Below, piece by piece: positions 15,083-26,056 of a stretch of 64,000 bases of DNA. The position numbers and the translations under genes were made by a program. Each line of letters starts with the position of its first letter. The first letter of the stretch is position 1. The stretch is from Eledone cirrhosa. Lineage: Eukaryota. Below the pieces are notes generated by a model, which saw only the letters and a program-made list of their open reading frames with translations, was not told the DNA's origin and ran no database searches. The DNA lies in the NCBI GenBank assembly GCA_964016885.1, contig OZ024740.1, positions 31,806,001 through 31,870,000 of the forward strand, given 5' to 3'.

Positions 15083-15290
15083 CCCTTTAGCATTTACATT
15101 ACTCTATATCTACTATTGTATTTTTGTGGTAAACGCTTCACCTCACATAATATCAAATCTATGAGATTTTGATATTATTTATTTTGAGAACAATACCTTA
15201 ACATCAGTATGAGCAGCTGGTTACAGCCAGTTTGAACCGAAAGAGGAAAGAGAATTCTGGCTGGATATGGCCGGTTTAAATGCTAAAGGG
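15083..15290. mobile_element. piggyBac-type MITE, copy 2
   Basis: CCCTTTAGCATTTA...TAAATGCTAAAGGG-TTAA; same orientation as copy 1. Confidence 0.75.
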
Positions 15291-15424
15291 TTAAACTGAT
15301 TGAGAAAACAATTTCACATCCATCTACTTGAATTTATTAATAATCATCTTGTCATCTATACCACTACCAACTATAACCATTAACATCTCATGTTTTCACA
15401 ATATTTCTACTATACTATTTCCAG

Positions 15425-15490
15425 CCTGTCGCTGTGAAACTATTTCTCAACAATGCTATGAACCACCCGCATAAAATACTAAGAAAAGAG
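15425..15490 (+). CDS. LRRK2: LRRK2-like kinase exon e (beta3 Lys, alphaC Glu)
   Basis: tttccag acceptor, gtaaga donor. PVAVKLFLNNAMNHPHKILRKE. Confidence 0.93.
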
Positions 15491-15651
15491 GTAAGAAACA
15501 TTAAATCAGTTCAAACTTTTATACAAATCTTTATTTCAAAGAATTCTACAGTATTATAAAACTCTCTTACATGAAGCATTATCAATTCTTAATACCCTGT
15601 AATTATGTAGCAGAAAATATATTTTTAAATTATTATTGTCATAGGCAAAAA

Positions 15652-16092
15652 CCAGTGGATTGGCAGAATCATTAGAATGTCTGGAAAAATTTTTTACAAT
15701 ATGTATTCTGGCTCTTTACATTCCAAGAACAAATCTTACTGAGGTCACTTTGGCTTTTCATCCTTCAGAGGTTAATAAAATAAAGTTCTACTCATGTCCT
15801 GGAGTCAATATAATCCACCTTCCATATCACTCAAAATTGCCTGCCTTGGCCTTGTGACAAAATTAGAAGCCATTATTATTACAGATAATAACAGATAGAG
15901 TGGTGGATTAGTAGTATCGGAGGGCAGTGGATTGGCAGTATCAGTAGAGCATAGAGTTATGGCCCTTTACGTTCTGGGTTGAAATCCCGCCGAGGTTGAA
16001 TTTTCTTTTCATCCTTACAGGGTCGATAAAATAAAGCACCAGTAATGCACTGGGGTAATTGCAGACTTTGTGCCATAAGTAACAATTATTAT
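15652..16092 (+). mobile_element. two tandem family A SINEs
   Basis: GGATTGGCAG heads at about 15657 and 15929, each followed by the TTTCATCCTT core. Confidence 0.7.
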
Positions 16093-16241
16093 CATACATA
16101 TTAACCATTCACTCTCTATATCTCCCTCTGCCCTCCTTTTCCTCTATATCCCACCCACTTCTCTCTCTCTCTCACACACACACACAATTATATATTTACA
16201 ATGAAGCTTTTCTGACTATTATAAACATTTTTGTCTGTTAG

Positions 16242-16409
16242 ACAACCTTACTGCGAAGGTTAAAACATCCCAGTGTTGTATGCCTGCTTGCGGTTGGCTT
16301 CCGACCACGGATGATGGTCATGGAACTTGCAACTTTTGGCTCTTTGGGACATGCTTTGGCATCTAGAAAAATCTTCAGTCCTGCACTTACCCATAGAATA
16401 GCTTACCAG
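16242..16409 (+). CDS. LRRK2: LRRK2-like kinase exon f (hinge)
   Basis: tgttag acceptor, gtaagt donor. TTLLRRLKHPSVVCLLAVGFRPRMMVMELATFGSLGHALASRKIFSPALTHRIAYQ (compare human RPRMLVMELASKGSL...LQHRIA). Confidence 0.95.
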
Positions 16410-16411
16410 GT

Positions 16412-16725
16412 AAGTTGTTGTCATTGTTGTTGTTGTTGTCACTCTTCTTCTTCTTCTTCTTCTTCTTCTTCTTCTTCTTCTTCTTCGTTTTCTTCTTCTT
16501 CTTTTTTCTTCCACCCCACTCGCTCTCCTCTTCCTCCTCCTCCCCTCTTCTTTCTTCACTTTCCTTCATCTCCACCCACCCCCTTTACCACTGGTTGTTG
16601 TTCTATTTTCCTGCTCTTCTCCAGACCTCCTCTCCTCTTCTGCTTCACATCTTTCTTTTTCTTTTCCTTCTCTTCTCCTGCACCACTTCCTTCTCTTTTT
16701 TTTCTTTTTTTCTTTTCCCCTCTTC
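16412..16725. repeat. (GTT)n, (TTC)n and polypyrimidine low-complexity tract
   Basis: Seen directly. Confidence 0.85.
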
Positions 16726-16988
16726 GCATCTACTGTCTACATATATGTACCATCGCCATTGGCATCGTTTTCCACCATTATCTGTCCACTACAAGACAAG
16801 GCCTCCCCAAGTAGGTGGCAACTGTTTTTCTCTGACTGTCATCTATAAAAATCTCATCCTCCATCTTGTCTTCCACAACTGACTTTGTGAATTTACCTCC
16901 CTTAGTTTCTATTAATTTCATAACTGTATACATCTTGTGTCATTCGTTTGTAAATGTCATATGCCCTCTTCACTTCCCCTTTCTCTTC

Positions 16989-17360
16989 TTAACCCTTTTA
17001 ATAAGAAACCAACTGAAATTGCCTCAGGTTCTATAATAAATACTAAAGTAATTATTTTAATGTGGTTATATTTATCAAAAAACCATCCATAAGAAAATTC
17101 TATGTAAGAACCATTGTTAAATTACACTAAAAAACACCAATGATAATGAGAAAGTTAATTATATTACTAAATCCTTATTTTCAAAATTACTTGACAACTA
17201 TAGGCAATGTCTTTCATTAGAAATATGATAGTGAAAGGGTTAGAAATGGTTAAAAATGAGAAAGTTAGTTATAAACCTCTTCAAATTTTTTATTGTTTTC
17301 AAAATTATTAAAAACTATAGGTAGCATTTTTCATTAGAAATATGGTAGCATAAGGGTTAA
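16989..17360. mobile_element. second TTAA/CCC-terminated MITE family with a duplicated 3' end
   Basis: TTAACCCTTT ... AAGGGTTAG (about 17240) and AAGGGTTAA (17360); related sequence at about 14030-14270. Confidence 0.45.
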
Positions 17361-18147
17361 TATGCTCCATCATATTTAATGTATATATTTGTTAAAATTT
17401 AAAATGTAAAGAAAGTGGTGATAGCATGCAACAACAATCCAAAGGAAAATTCTAGAAGAGTGTGATGAATTTAATAGTAGTGAGGGGTGAAGAATATAAC
17501 ATATCAGATGGTTACCTTTTGTCTGAGGGTAAAGAGGAGAGTGAGAGAGAATGTGGCATTGTTGCATTCCACCCTCTCTCTCTTTCCCTTAGTAAATCTA
17601 AGAAGAGTGTTGGTGGTAGTGGTGTACATTTCAGTTTTTGGCATAGTTTCTATAACTGGATGCCCTTCCTAATATCAACCACTGAAAGTCTACTGGATGC
17701 ATTTTATCATTGCACCATCACCAGGGAGATTATTATTATGTCCTTGGCAAAACTAAAGAATCCGTTCTACCCTATGTTGCTTCCATTTTATTGTCAGCCT
17801 CTTTACAGAGTGTACAGGGTGCATTTTATGAAGATGCCAACATTAGAGAAGTTGTCTTGCTCTTATATAACAAAAGAGTCCTCTGTGCTCTCCTTCATCT
17901 CCATTCTTTCACGGCAAAATAAATTTAGTATGGTATCATCATCATCATTTTACGTCCGCTTTTCCCTGCTTGTAAGGGTGGGACGGGTCCTATTCAGCAC
18001 AGCATCTCTCCACTTGTCACGGTCCGTCATCATCTCCTCCGTGAGTTTCAGCGATCGAGGTCTGCTCTCACTACCTCCGCCCATGTTTTTCCTGGTCTTC
18101 CTCTACTGTTATTTTATTATGTTTATAAGTATTGTATGTAGATACAT

Positions 18148-21100
18148 CATGGCTAAATGGTTAGAAAGTTTGTTTAACGATCACAAGTTCCTGGGTTCAA
18201 TCCCACTGTGCAGCATCTTAGGCAATTTTCTTTGACGATAGCCTTGGTCAAACCATGTTTTGTGAGAGAAACTGAGTTAATGGAAACTGTTTGGAAATCT
18301 GTCGCTTAGACTGTACCTGTTATTCAAAAGGCCAGCCTTGTCACACTATTGATAGACTGTACCTGTTATTCAAAAGGCCAGCCTTGTCACACTATTGATA
18401 GACTGTACCTGTAATTCAAAGACCAGCCTTGTCACACTATTCATAGACTGTACCTGTAATTCAAAAGGCCAGCCCTGTCACACTATTGATAGACTGTACC
18501 TGTAATTCAAACGTCCAGCCTTGTCACACTATTGATAGACTGTACCTGTAATTCAAATGCCCAGCCTTGTCACACTATTGATAGACTGTACCTGTAATTC
18601 AAAAGGCCAGCCTTGTCACACTATTGATAGACTGTACCTGTAATTCAAACGTCCAGCCTTGTCACACTATTGATAGACTGTACCTGTAATTCAAAGACCA
18701 GCCTTGTCACACTATTGATAGACTGCACCTGTAATTCAAATGCCCAGCCTTGTCACACTATTGATAGACTGTACCTGTAATTCAAAAGGCCAGCCTTATC
18801 ACATTATTGATAGACTGTACCTGTAATTCAAAAGGCCAGCCTTCTCACACTATTGATAGACTGCACCTGTAATTCAAAGGCCAGCCTTGTCACACTATTG
18901 ATAGACTGTACCTGTAATTCAAAGGCCAGCCTTGTCACACTATTGATAGACTGTACCTGTAATTCAAAGGCCAGCTGTGTCACACTATTGATAGACTTTA
19001 CCTGTAATTCAAAGGCCAGCCTTCTCACACTATTGATAGACTGTACCTGTAATTCAAAGGCCAGCCTTGTCACACTGTTGATAGACTATACCTGTAATTT
19101 AAAGGCCAGCCTTGTCACACTATTGATAGACTGTACCTGTAATTCCAAAGGCCAGCCTTGTCACACTATTGATAGACTGTACCTGTAAATCAAAGTCCAG
19201 CCTTGTCACACTATTGATAGACTGTACCTGTAATTCAAAAGGCCAGCCTTGTCACACTATTGATAGACTGTACCTGTAATACAAAGGCCAGCCTTGTCAC
19301 ACTATAGATAGACTGTACCTGTAATACAAAGGCCAGCCTTGTCACACTATTGATAGACTGTACCTGTAATACAAAGGCCAGCCTTGTCACACTATTGATA
19401 GACTGTACCTGTAATACAAAGGCCAGCCTTGTCACACTATTGATAGACTTTACCTGTAATTCAAAGGCCAGCTGTGTCACACTATTGATAGATTTTACCT
19501 GTAATTCAAAGGCCAGCCTTCTCACACTATTGATAGACTGTACCTGTAATACAAAGGCCAGCCTTGTCACACTATTGATAGACTGTACCTGTAATACAAA
19601 GGCCAGCCTTGTCACACTATTGATAGACTTTACCTGTAATTCAAAGGCCAGCTGTGTCACACTATTGATAGATTTTACCTGTAATTCAAAGGCCAGCCTT
19701 CTCACACTATTGATAGACTGTACCTGTAATTCAAAGGCCAGCCTTGTCACACTATTGATAGACTATACCTGTAATTTAAAGGCCAGCCTTGTCACACTAT
19801 TGATAGACAGTACCTGTAATTCCAAAGGCCAGCCTTGTCACACTATTGATAGACTGTACCTGTAAATCAAAGTCCAGCCTTGTCACACTATTGATAGACT
19901 GTACCTGTAATTCAAAAGGCCAGCCTTGTCACACTATTGATAGACTGTACCTGTAAATCAAAGTCCAGCCTTGTCACACTATTGATAGACTGTACCTGTA
20001 ATTCAAAAGGCCAGCCTTGTCACACTATTGATAGACTGTACCTGTAATTCAAAGGCCAGCTGTGTCACACTATTGATAGACTGTACCTGTAATTCAAAAG
20101 GCCAGCCTTCTCACACTATTGATAGACTGTACCTGTAATTCAAAGACCAGCCTTGTCACACTATTGATAGACTGTACCTGTAATTCAAAAGGCCAGCCTT
20201 CTCACACTATTGATAGACTGTACCTGTAATTCAAAGGCCAGCCTTCTCACACTATTGATAGACTGTACCTGTAATTCAAAAGGCCAGCCTTCTCACACTA
20301 TTGATAGACTGTAGCTGTAATTCAAAAGACCAGCCTTGTCACACTATTGATAGACTGTACCTGTAATTCAAAGGCCAGCCTTCTCACACTATTGATAGAC
20401 TGTACCTGTAATACAAAGGCCAGCCTTGTCACACTATTGATAGACTGTACCTGTAATACAAAGGCCAGCCTTGTCACACTATTGATAGACTTTACCTGTA
20501 ATTCAAAGGCCAGCTGTGTCACACTATTGATAGATTTTACCTGTAATTCAAAGGCCAGCCTTCTCACACTATTGATAGACTGTACCTGTAATTCAAAGGC
20601 CAGCCTTGTCACACTATTGATAGACTGTACCTGTAATTCAAAAGGCCAGCCTTGTCACACTATTGATAGACTGTACCTGTAAATCAAAGTCCAGCCTTGT
20701 CACACTATTGATAGACTGTACCTGTAATTCAAAAGGCCAGCCTTGTCACACTATTGATAGACTGTACCTGTAATTCAAAGGCCAGCTGTGTCACACTATT
20801 GATAGACTGTACCTGTAATTCAAAGGCCAGCCTTCTCACACTATTGATAGACTGTACCTGTAATTCAAAAGGCCAGCCTTGTCACACTATTGATAGACTG
20901 TACCTGTAATTCAAAAGACCAGCCTTGTCACACTATTGATAGACTGTACCTGTAATTCAAAGGCCAGCCTTCTCATACTATTGATAGACTGTACCTGTAA
21001 TTCAAAAGGCCAGCCTTCTCACACTATTGATAGACTGTACCTGTAATTCAAAGACCAGCCTTGTCACACTATTGATAGACTGTACCTGTAATTCAAAAGG

Positions 21101-24100
21101 CCAGCCTTCTCACACTATTGATAGACTGTACCTGTAATTCAAAGGCCAGCCTTCTCACACTATTGATAGACTGTACCTGTAATTCAAAAGGCCAGCCTTC
21201 TCACACTATTGATAGACTGTAGCTGTAATTCAAAAGACCAGCCTTGTCACACTATTGATAGACTGTACCTGTAATTCAAAGGCCAGCCTTCTCACACTAT
21301 TGATAGACTGTACCTGTAATTCAAAAGGCCAGCCTTGTCACACTATTGATAGACTGTACCTGTAATTCAAAAGGCCAGCCTTGTCACACTATTGATAGAC
21401 TGTACCTGTAATTTAAAGGCCAGCCTTGTCACACTATTGATAGACTGGACCTGTAATTCCAAAGGTCAGCCTTGTCACACTATTGATAGACTGTACCTGT
21501 AAATCAAAGTCCAGCCTTGTCACACTATTGATAGACTGTACCTGTAATTCAAAGGCCAGCCTTGTCACACTATTGATAGACTGTACCTGTAATTCAAAGG
21601 CCAGCCTTCTCACACTATTGATAGACTGTACCTGTAATTCAAAGACCTGCCTTGTCACACTATTGATAGACTGTACCTGTAATTCAAAAGACAAGCCTTG
21701 TCACACTATTGATAGACTGTACCTGTAATTCAAAAGGCCAGCCTTGTCACACTATTGATAGACTGTACCTGTAATTCAAAGGCCAGCCTTCTCACACTAT
21801 TGATAGACTGTACCTGTAATTCAAAAGGCCAGCCTTGTCACACTATAGATAGACTGTACCTGTAATTCAAAGGCCAGCCTTCTCACACTATTGATAGACT
21901 GTACCTGTAATTCAAATGCCCAGCCTTGTCACACTATTGATAGACTGTACCTGTAATTCAAAGACCAGCCTTGTCACACTATTGATAGACAGTACCTGTA
22001 ATTCAAAGGCCAGCCTTCTCACACTATTGATAGACTGTACCTGTAATTCAAAGACCTGCCTTGTCACACTATTGATAGACTGTACCTGTAATTCAAAAGA
22101 CCACCCTTGTCACAATATTGATAGACTATACCTGTAATTCAAAGGCCTCCTTGTCACACTATTGATAGACTGTACCTGTAATTCAAAGACCAGCCTTGTC
22201 ACACTATTGATAGACTGTACCTGTAATTCAAAAGCCAGCCTTGTCACACTATTGATAGACTGTACCTGTAATTCAAAGGCCAGCCTTGTCACACTATTGA
22301 TAGACTGTACCTGTAATTCAAAAGGCCTGCCATGTCACACTATTGATAGACTGTACCTGTAATTCAAAGGCCAGCCTTGTCACACTATTGATAGACGGTA
22401 CCTGTAATTCAAAGGCCAGCCTTGTCACACTATTGATAGACTGTACCTGTAATTCAAAAGGCCTGCCATGTCACACTATTGATAGACTGTACCTGTAATT
22501 CAAAGGCCAGCCTTGTCACACTATTGATAGACTGTACCTGTAATTCCAAAGGCCAGCCTTGTCACACTATTGATAGACTGTACCTGTAATTCAAAGGCCA
22601 TCCTTGTCACACTATTGATAGACTGTACCTGTAATTCAAAGGCCAGCCTTGTCACACTATTGATAGACTGTACCTGTAATTCAAAAGCCAGCCTTGTCAC
22701 ACTATTGATAGACTGTACCTGTAATTCAAAAGCCAGCCTTGTCACACTATTGATAGACTGTACCTGTAATTCAAAAGCCAGCCTTGTCACACTATTGATA
22801 GACTGTACCTGTAATTCAAAGGCCAGCCTTGTCACACTATTGATAGACTGTACCTGTAATTCAAAGGCCATCCTTGTCACACTATTGATAGACTATACCT
22901 GTAATTCAAAGACCAGCCTTGTCACACTATTGATAGACTGTACCTGTAATTCAAAAGGCCTGCCATGTCACACTATTGATAGACTGTACCTGTAATTCAA
23001 AGGCCATCCTTGTCACACTATTGATAGACTATACCTGTAATTCAAAGACCAGCCTTGTCACACTATTGATAGACTGTACCTGTAATTCAAAAGGCCTGCC
23101 ATGTCACACTATTGATAGACTGTACCTGTAATTCAAAGGCCAGCCTTGTCACACTATTGATAGACGGTACCTGTAATTCAAAGGCCAGCCTTGTCACACT
23201 ATTGATAGACTGTACCTGTAATTCAAAGGCCTGCCATGTCACACTATTGATAGACTGTACCTGTAATTCAAAGGCCAGCCTTGTCACACTATTGATAGAC
23301 TGTACCTGTAATTCAAAAGCCAGCCTTGTCACACTATTGATAGACTGTACCTGTAATTCAAAGGCCAGCCTTGTCACACTATTGATAGACTGTACCTGTA
23401 ATTCAAAGGCCAGCCTTGTCACACTATTGATAGACTGTACCTGTAATTCAAAAGCCAGCCTTGTCACACTATTGATAGACTGTACCTGTAATTCAAAGGC
23501 CATCCTTGTCACACTATTGATAGACTGTACCTGTAATTCAAAGGCCAGCCTTGTCACACTATTGATAGACTGTACCTGTAATTCAAAAGCCAGCCTTGTC
23601 ACACTATTGATAGACTGTACCTGTAATTCAAAAGCCAGCCTTGTCACACTATTGATAGACTGTACCTGTAATTCAAAAGCCAGCCTTGTCACACTATTGA
23701 TAGACTGTACCTGTAATTCAAAAGCCAGCCTTGTCACACTATTGATAGACTGTACCTGTAATTCAAAAGCCAGCCTTGTCACACTATTGATAGACTGTAC
23801 CTGTAATTCAAAGGCCAGCCTTGTCACACTATTGATAGACTGTACCTGTAATTCAAAGGCCATCCTTGTCACACTATTGATAGACTATACCTGTAATTCA
23901 AAGACCAGCCTTGTCACACTATTGATAGACTGTACCTGTAATTCAAAGGCCATCCTTGTCACACTATTGATAGACTATACCTGTAATTCAAAGACCAGCC
24001 TTGTCACACTATTGATAGACTGTACCTGTAATTCAAAAGCCAGCCTTGTCACACTATTGATAGACTGTACCTGTAATTCAAAGGCCAGCCTTGTCACACT

Positions 24101-24380
24101 ATTGATAGACTGTACCTGTAATTCAAAGGCCATCCTTGTCACACTATTGATAGACTATACCTGTAATTCAAAGACCAGCCTTGTCACACTATTGATAGAC
24201 TGTACCTGTAATTCAAAAGCCATCCTTGTCACACTATTGATAGACTGTACCTGTAATTCAAAGGCCAGCCTTGTCAGACACCGTTTCATAATGAATTTCA
24301 ATTACATGTGCCTGTGAAATACTCTGCTACTTACATACCAATTTCATGAGCAAGCTGAAATCAATGGATGAAGGTCCATT
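18148..24380 (+). mobile_element. family B SINE interrupted by internal satellite expansion
   Basis: A-box-like TGGCTAAATGG (18150) and B-box-like GGTTCAATCCC (18194) before the array; SINE 3' part after 24276. Confidence 0.7.
18307..24276. repeat. 45/46-bp minisatellite array, about 131 copies
   Basis: Unit TAGACTGTACCTGTAATTCAAA(A)GGCCAGCCTTGTCACACTATTGA. Confidence 0.98.
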
Positions 24381-24486
24381 CCATTCTCTATGTGTAATTT
24401 ATATTCATTCATCTACTTTACACACCATTGTAACTGAAGCCATTTCTATAGACTGACTATGTATAATGAGAATGCTGATAGTGAAG

Positions 24487-24648
24487 CTGGTGGTGGTGGT
24501 GGTGATGTTGATGGTGAAGTGGTGCTGGTGGTAATGAGGAGGCTGATAATGAAGCTGATGGTGGTGGTGGTGGTGGTGATGCTGATGCTGATAGTGAAAC
24601 TGATGGTGGTGGTTGTAGTAGTGGTAGTGGTGATGATGATGATGATGA
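24487..24648. repeat. (GGT/GAT)n trinucleotide tract
   Basis: Seen directly. Confidence 0.85.
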
Positions 24649-24689
24649 TTTTTCATTTAATTATGCTATTGTAATTTTTCTGAATTCAG

Positions 24690-24788
24690 ATTGCTGAAGG
24701 TCTCATGTATTTGCATGGTCTCCAAATAATATACCGAGATCTTAAACCAGCCAACATACTAGTATTCAGTCTATCGACCAGATCTCTG
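24690..24788 (+). CDS. LRRK2: LRRK2-like kinase exon g (catalytic loop)
   Basis: aattcag acceptor, gtgagt donor. IAEGLMYLHGLQIIYRDLKPANILVFSLSTRSL. Confidence 0.96.
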
Positions 24789-24990
24789 GTGAGTTTATTT
24801 ATTCTTTTACTGGTTCCAGTCAGTGGGCTTTGGCCATGCTGGGACTAAATTCTTCTTTCATAATTTGTTGAAAATTGACTACCATTTAATTTTTATTGGA
24901 TAGTAATGGATTAACAGAATTGGTAAAGTGCTGGACATGTCTTGCAATATTTAATTACTTCATGTCACATTATGTGTTTAACCTTTCCAT

Positions 24991-25230
24991 TACCGGTCGC
25001 TCTCTGACAAGTTTGTGGTCGTGCCCTTGGCAGTGGAGACCTCTGGTCTCCTTGGTCCTAGGACTACTTCCCTACTCACCACCATAGCCACTGAGCTGGC
25101 CAGCCGCAGGTGTGAGCCTCGCGATATGGAATGATTCTTCCAGCGCATCTCCCTTACCATCCCCCGAGGAAACACCTTCTCTATTCTGTCCACCAGAGCT
25201 GTTGGGAGGCCAGCACGTGGGACCCCATTT
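24991..25230 (+). mobile_element. CRE-type non-LTR retrotransposon 3' fragment (C-terminal part of the restriction-like endonuclease region)
   Basis: Translates as YRSLSDKFVVVPLAVETSGLLGP...RCEPRDME*FFQRISLTIPRGNTFSIL, matching the PxAVETxG..QRxSxAxQRGN pattern; one in-frame stop. Confidence 0.72.
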
Positions 25231-25687
25231 GACAAAAATATAACTATTTCCTTTTCAAAGTTCTGACTGCAGTTTCGCTGAATCAGTTTGCAGCAATTTA
25301 TGCACTATAGAAGTGCACCATCACTCTGAACTTAATAAGGCTTATCAAGAGATCCCTCAGTTAGTGGACTGTTTCTTGATCGTTCGTAGCAAGTGAGAAA
25401 TTCTTGAGAGGTAGAGAGAGAGTTTTATAGCCAATACGGTACTCGTTTATTGTCCTCTTTTACTATCCTTCCGTGACCAGTGTATCATGTGTTAATTTCT
25501 CCCTCCGCCCCTCGAGAATTTCTCACTTGTTACAAACATGGCAAGAATCAGTCCAACTGAGGGGGTCTCTTGATAAACCTTGTTAACCTCACAGCGATGG
25601 TGCACTTCTATAGTGCGTAAATTGCTGCAAACTGATTTGGCAAAGCTGCAGTCGGATCTTTGAGGAAAAAATAAGTATATTTTTGTC
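25231..25687. mobile_element. fold-back MITE with about 180-bp inverted arms
   Basis: GACAAAAATATA...GTGAGAAATTCTTGAG mirrors CTCGAGAATTTCTCAC...TATATTTTTGTC. Confidence 0.85.
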
Positions 25688-25904
25688 TATTATTTCCTTG
25701 TATTTTTAATTTGATATATATATATATATGTTTCTCTGGAAGAAATCACTTATTTTCCAACCTGAAGAAGAATGGGCTCCACCAAGTTTAAAATACCCAT
25801 GTAATGACAGCACCCCTATAACTCTACCAGGAGTTAAGGTATAATAGAATGGTAGTTATCTTTGAATCACTGAAATCAAAGACTTATTTTCTATTTACCT
25901 TCAG

Positions 25905-26030
25905 ATTAACGTCAAAATCTCTGATTACGGCATTTCACAGTTAAGTGCTTTGTATGGTCTCACAGCAAATGAAGGAACACCTGGTTATCAAGCCCCAGAA
26001 GTTATCAGAAAGGAAAACTATTCCTTCCAA
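25905..26030 (+). CDS. LRRK2: LRRK2-like kinase exon h (DYG motif and activation loop)
   Basis: ccttcag acceptor, gtaagt donor. INVKISDYGISQLSALYGLTANEGTPGYQAPEVIRKENYSFQ; DYG in place of DFG is diagnostic of LRRKs. Confidence 0.97.
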
Positions 26031-26056
26031 GTAAGTATTTCTATAAATATGTAATT

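Noticed and set aside
16260-16882. Poly-Arg, Lys, Ser and Phe ORFs
   Set aside because: These are microsatellite translations; only 16242-16409 is a real exon.
18828-24317. Cys-rich IDCTCNSKASLVTLL repeat ORFs
   Set aside because: These come from runs of 45-bp units and are broken wherever a 46-bp unit occurs. The sequence is SINE-derived.
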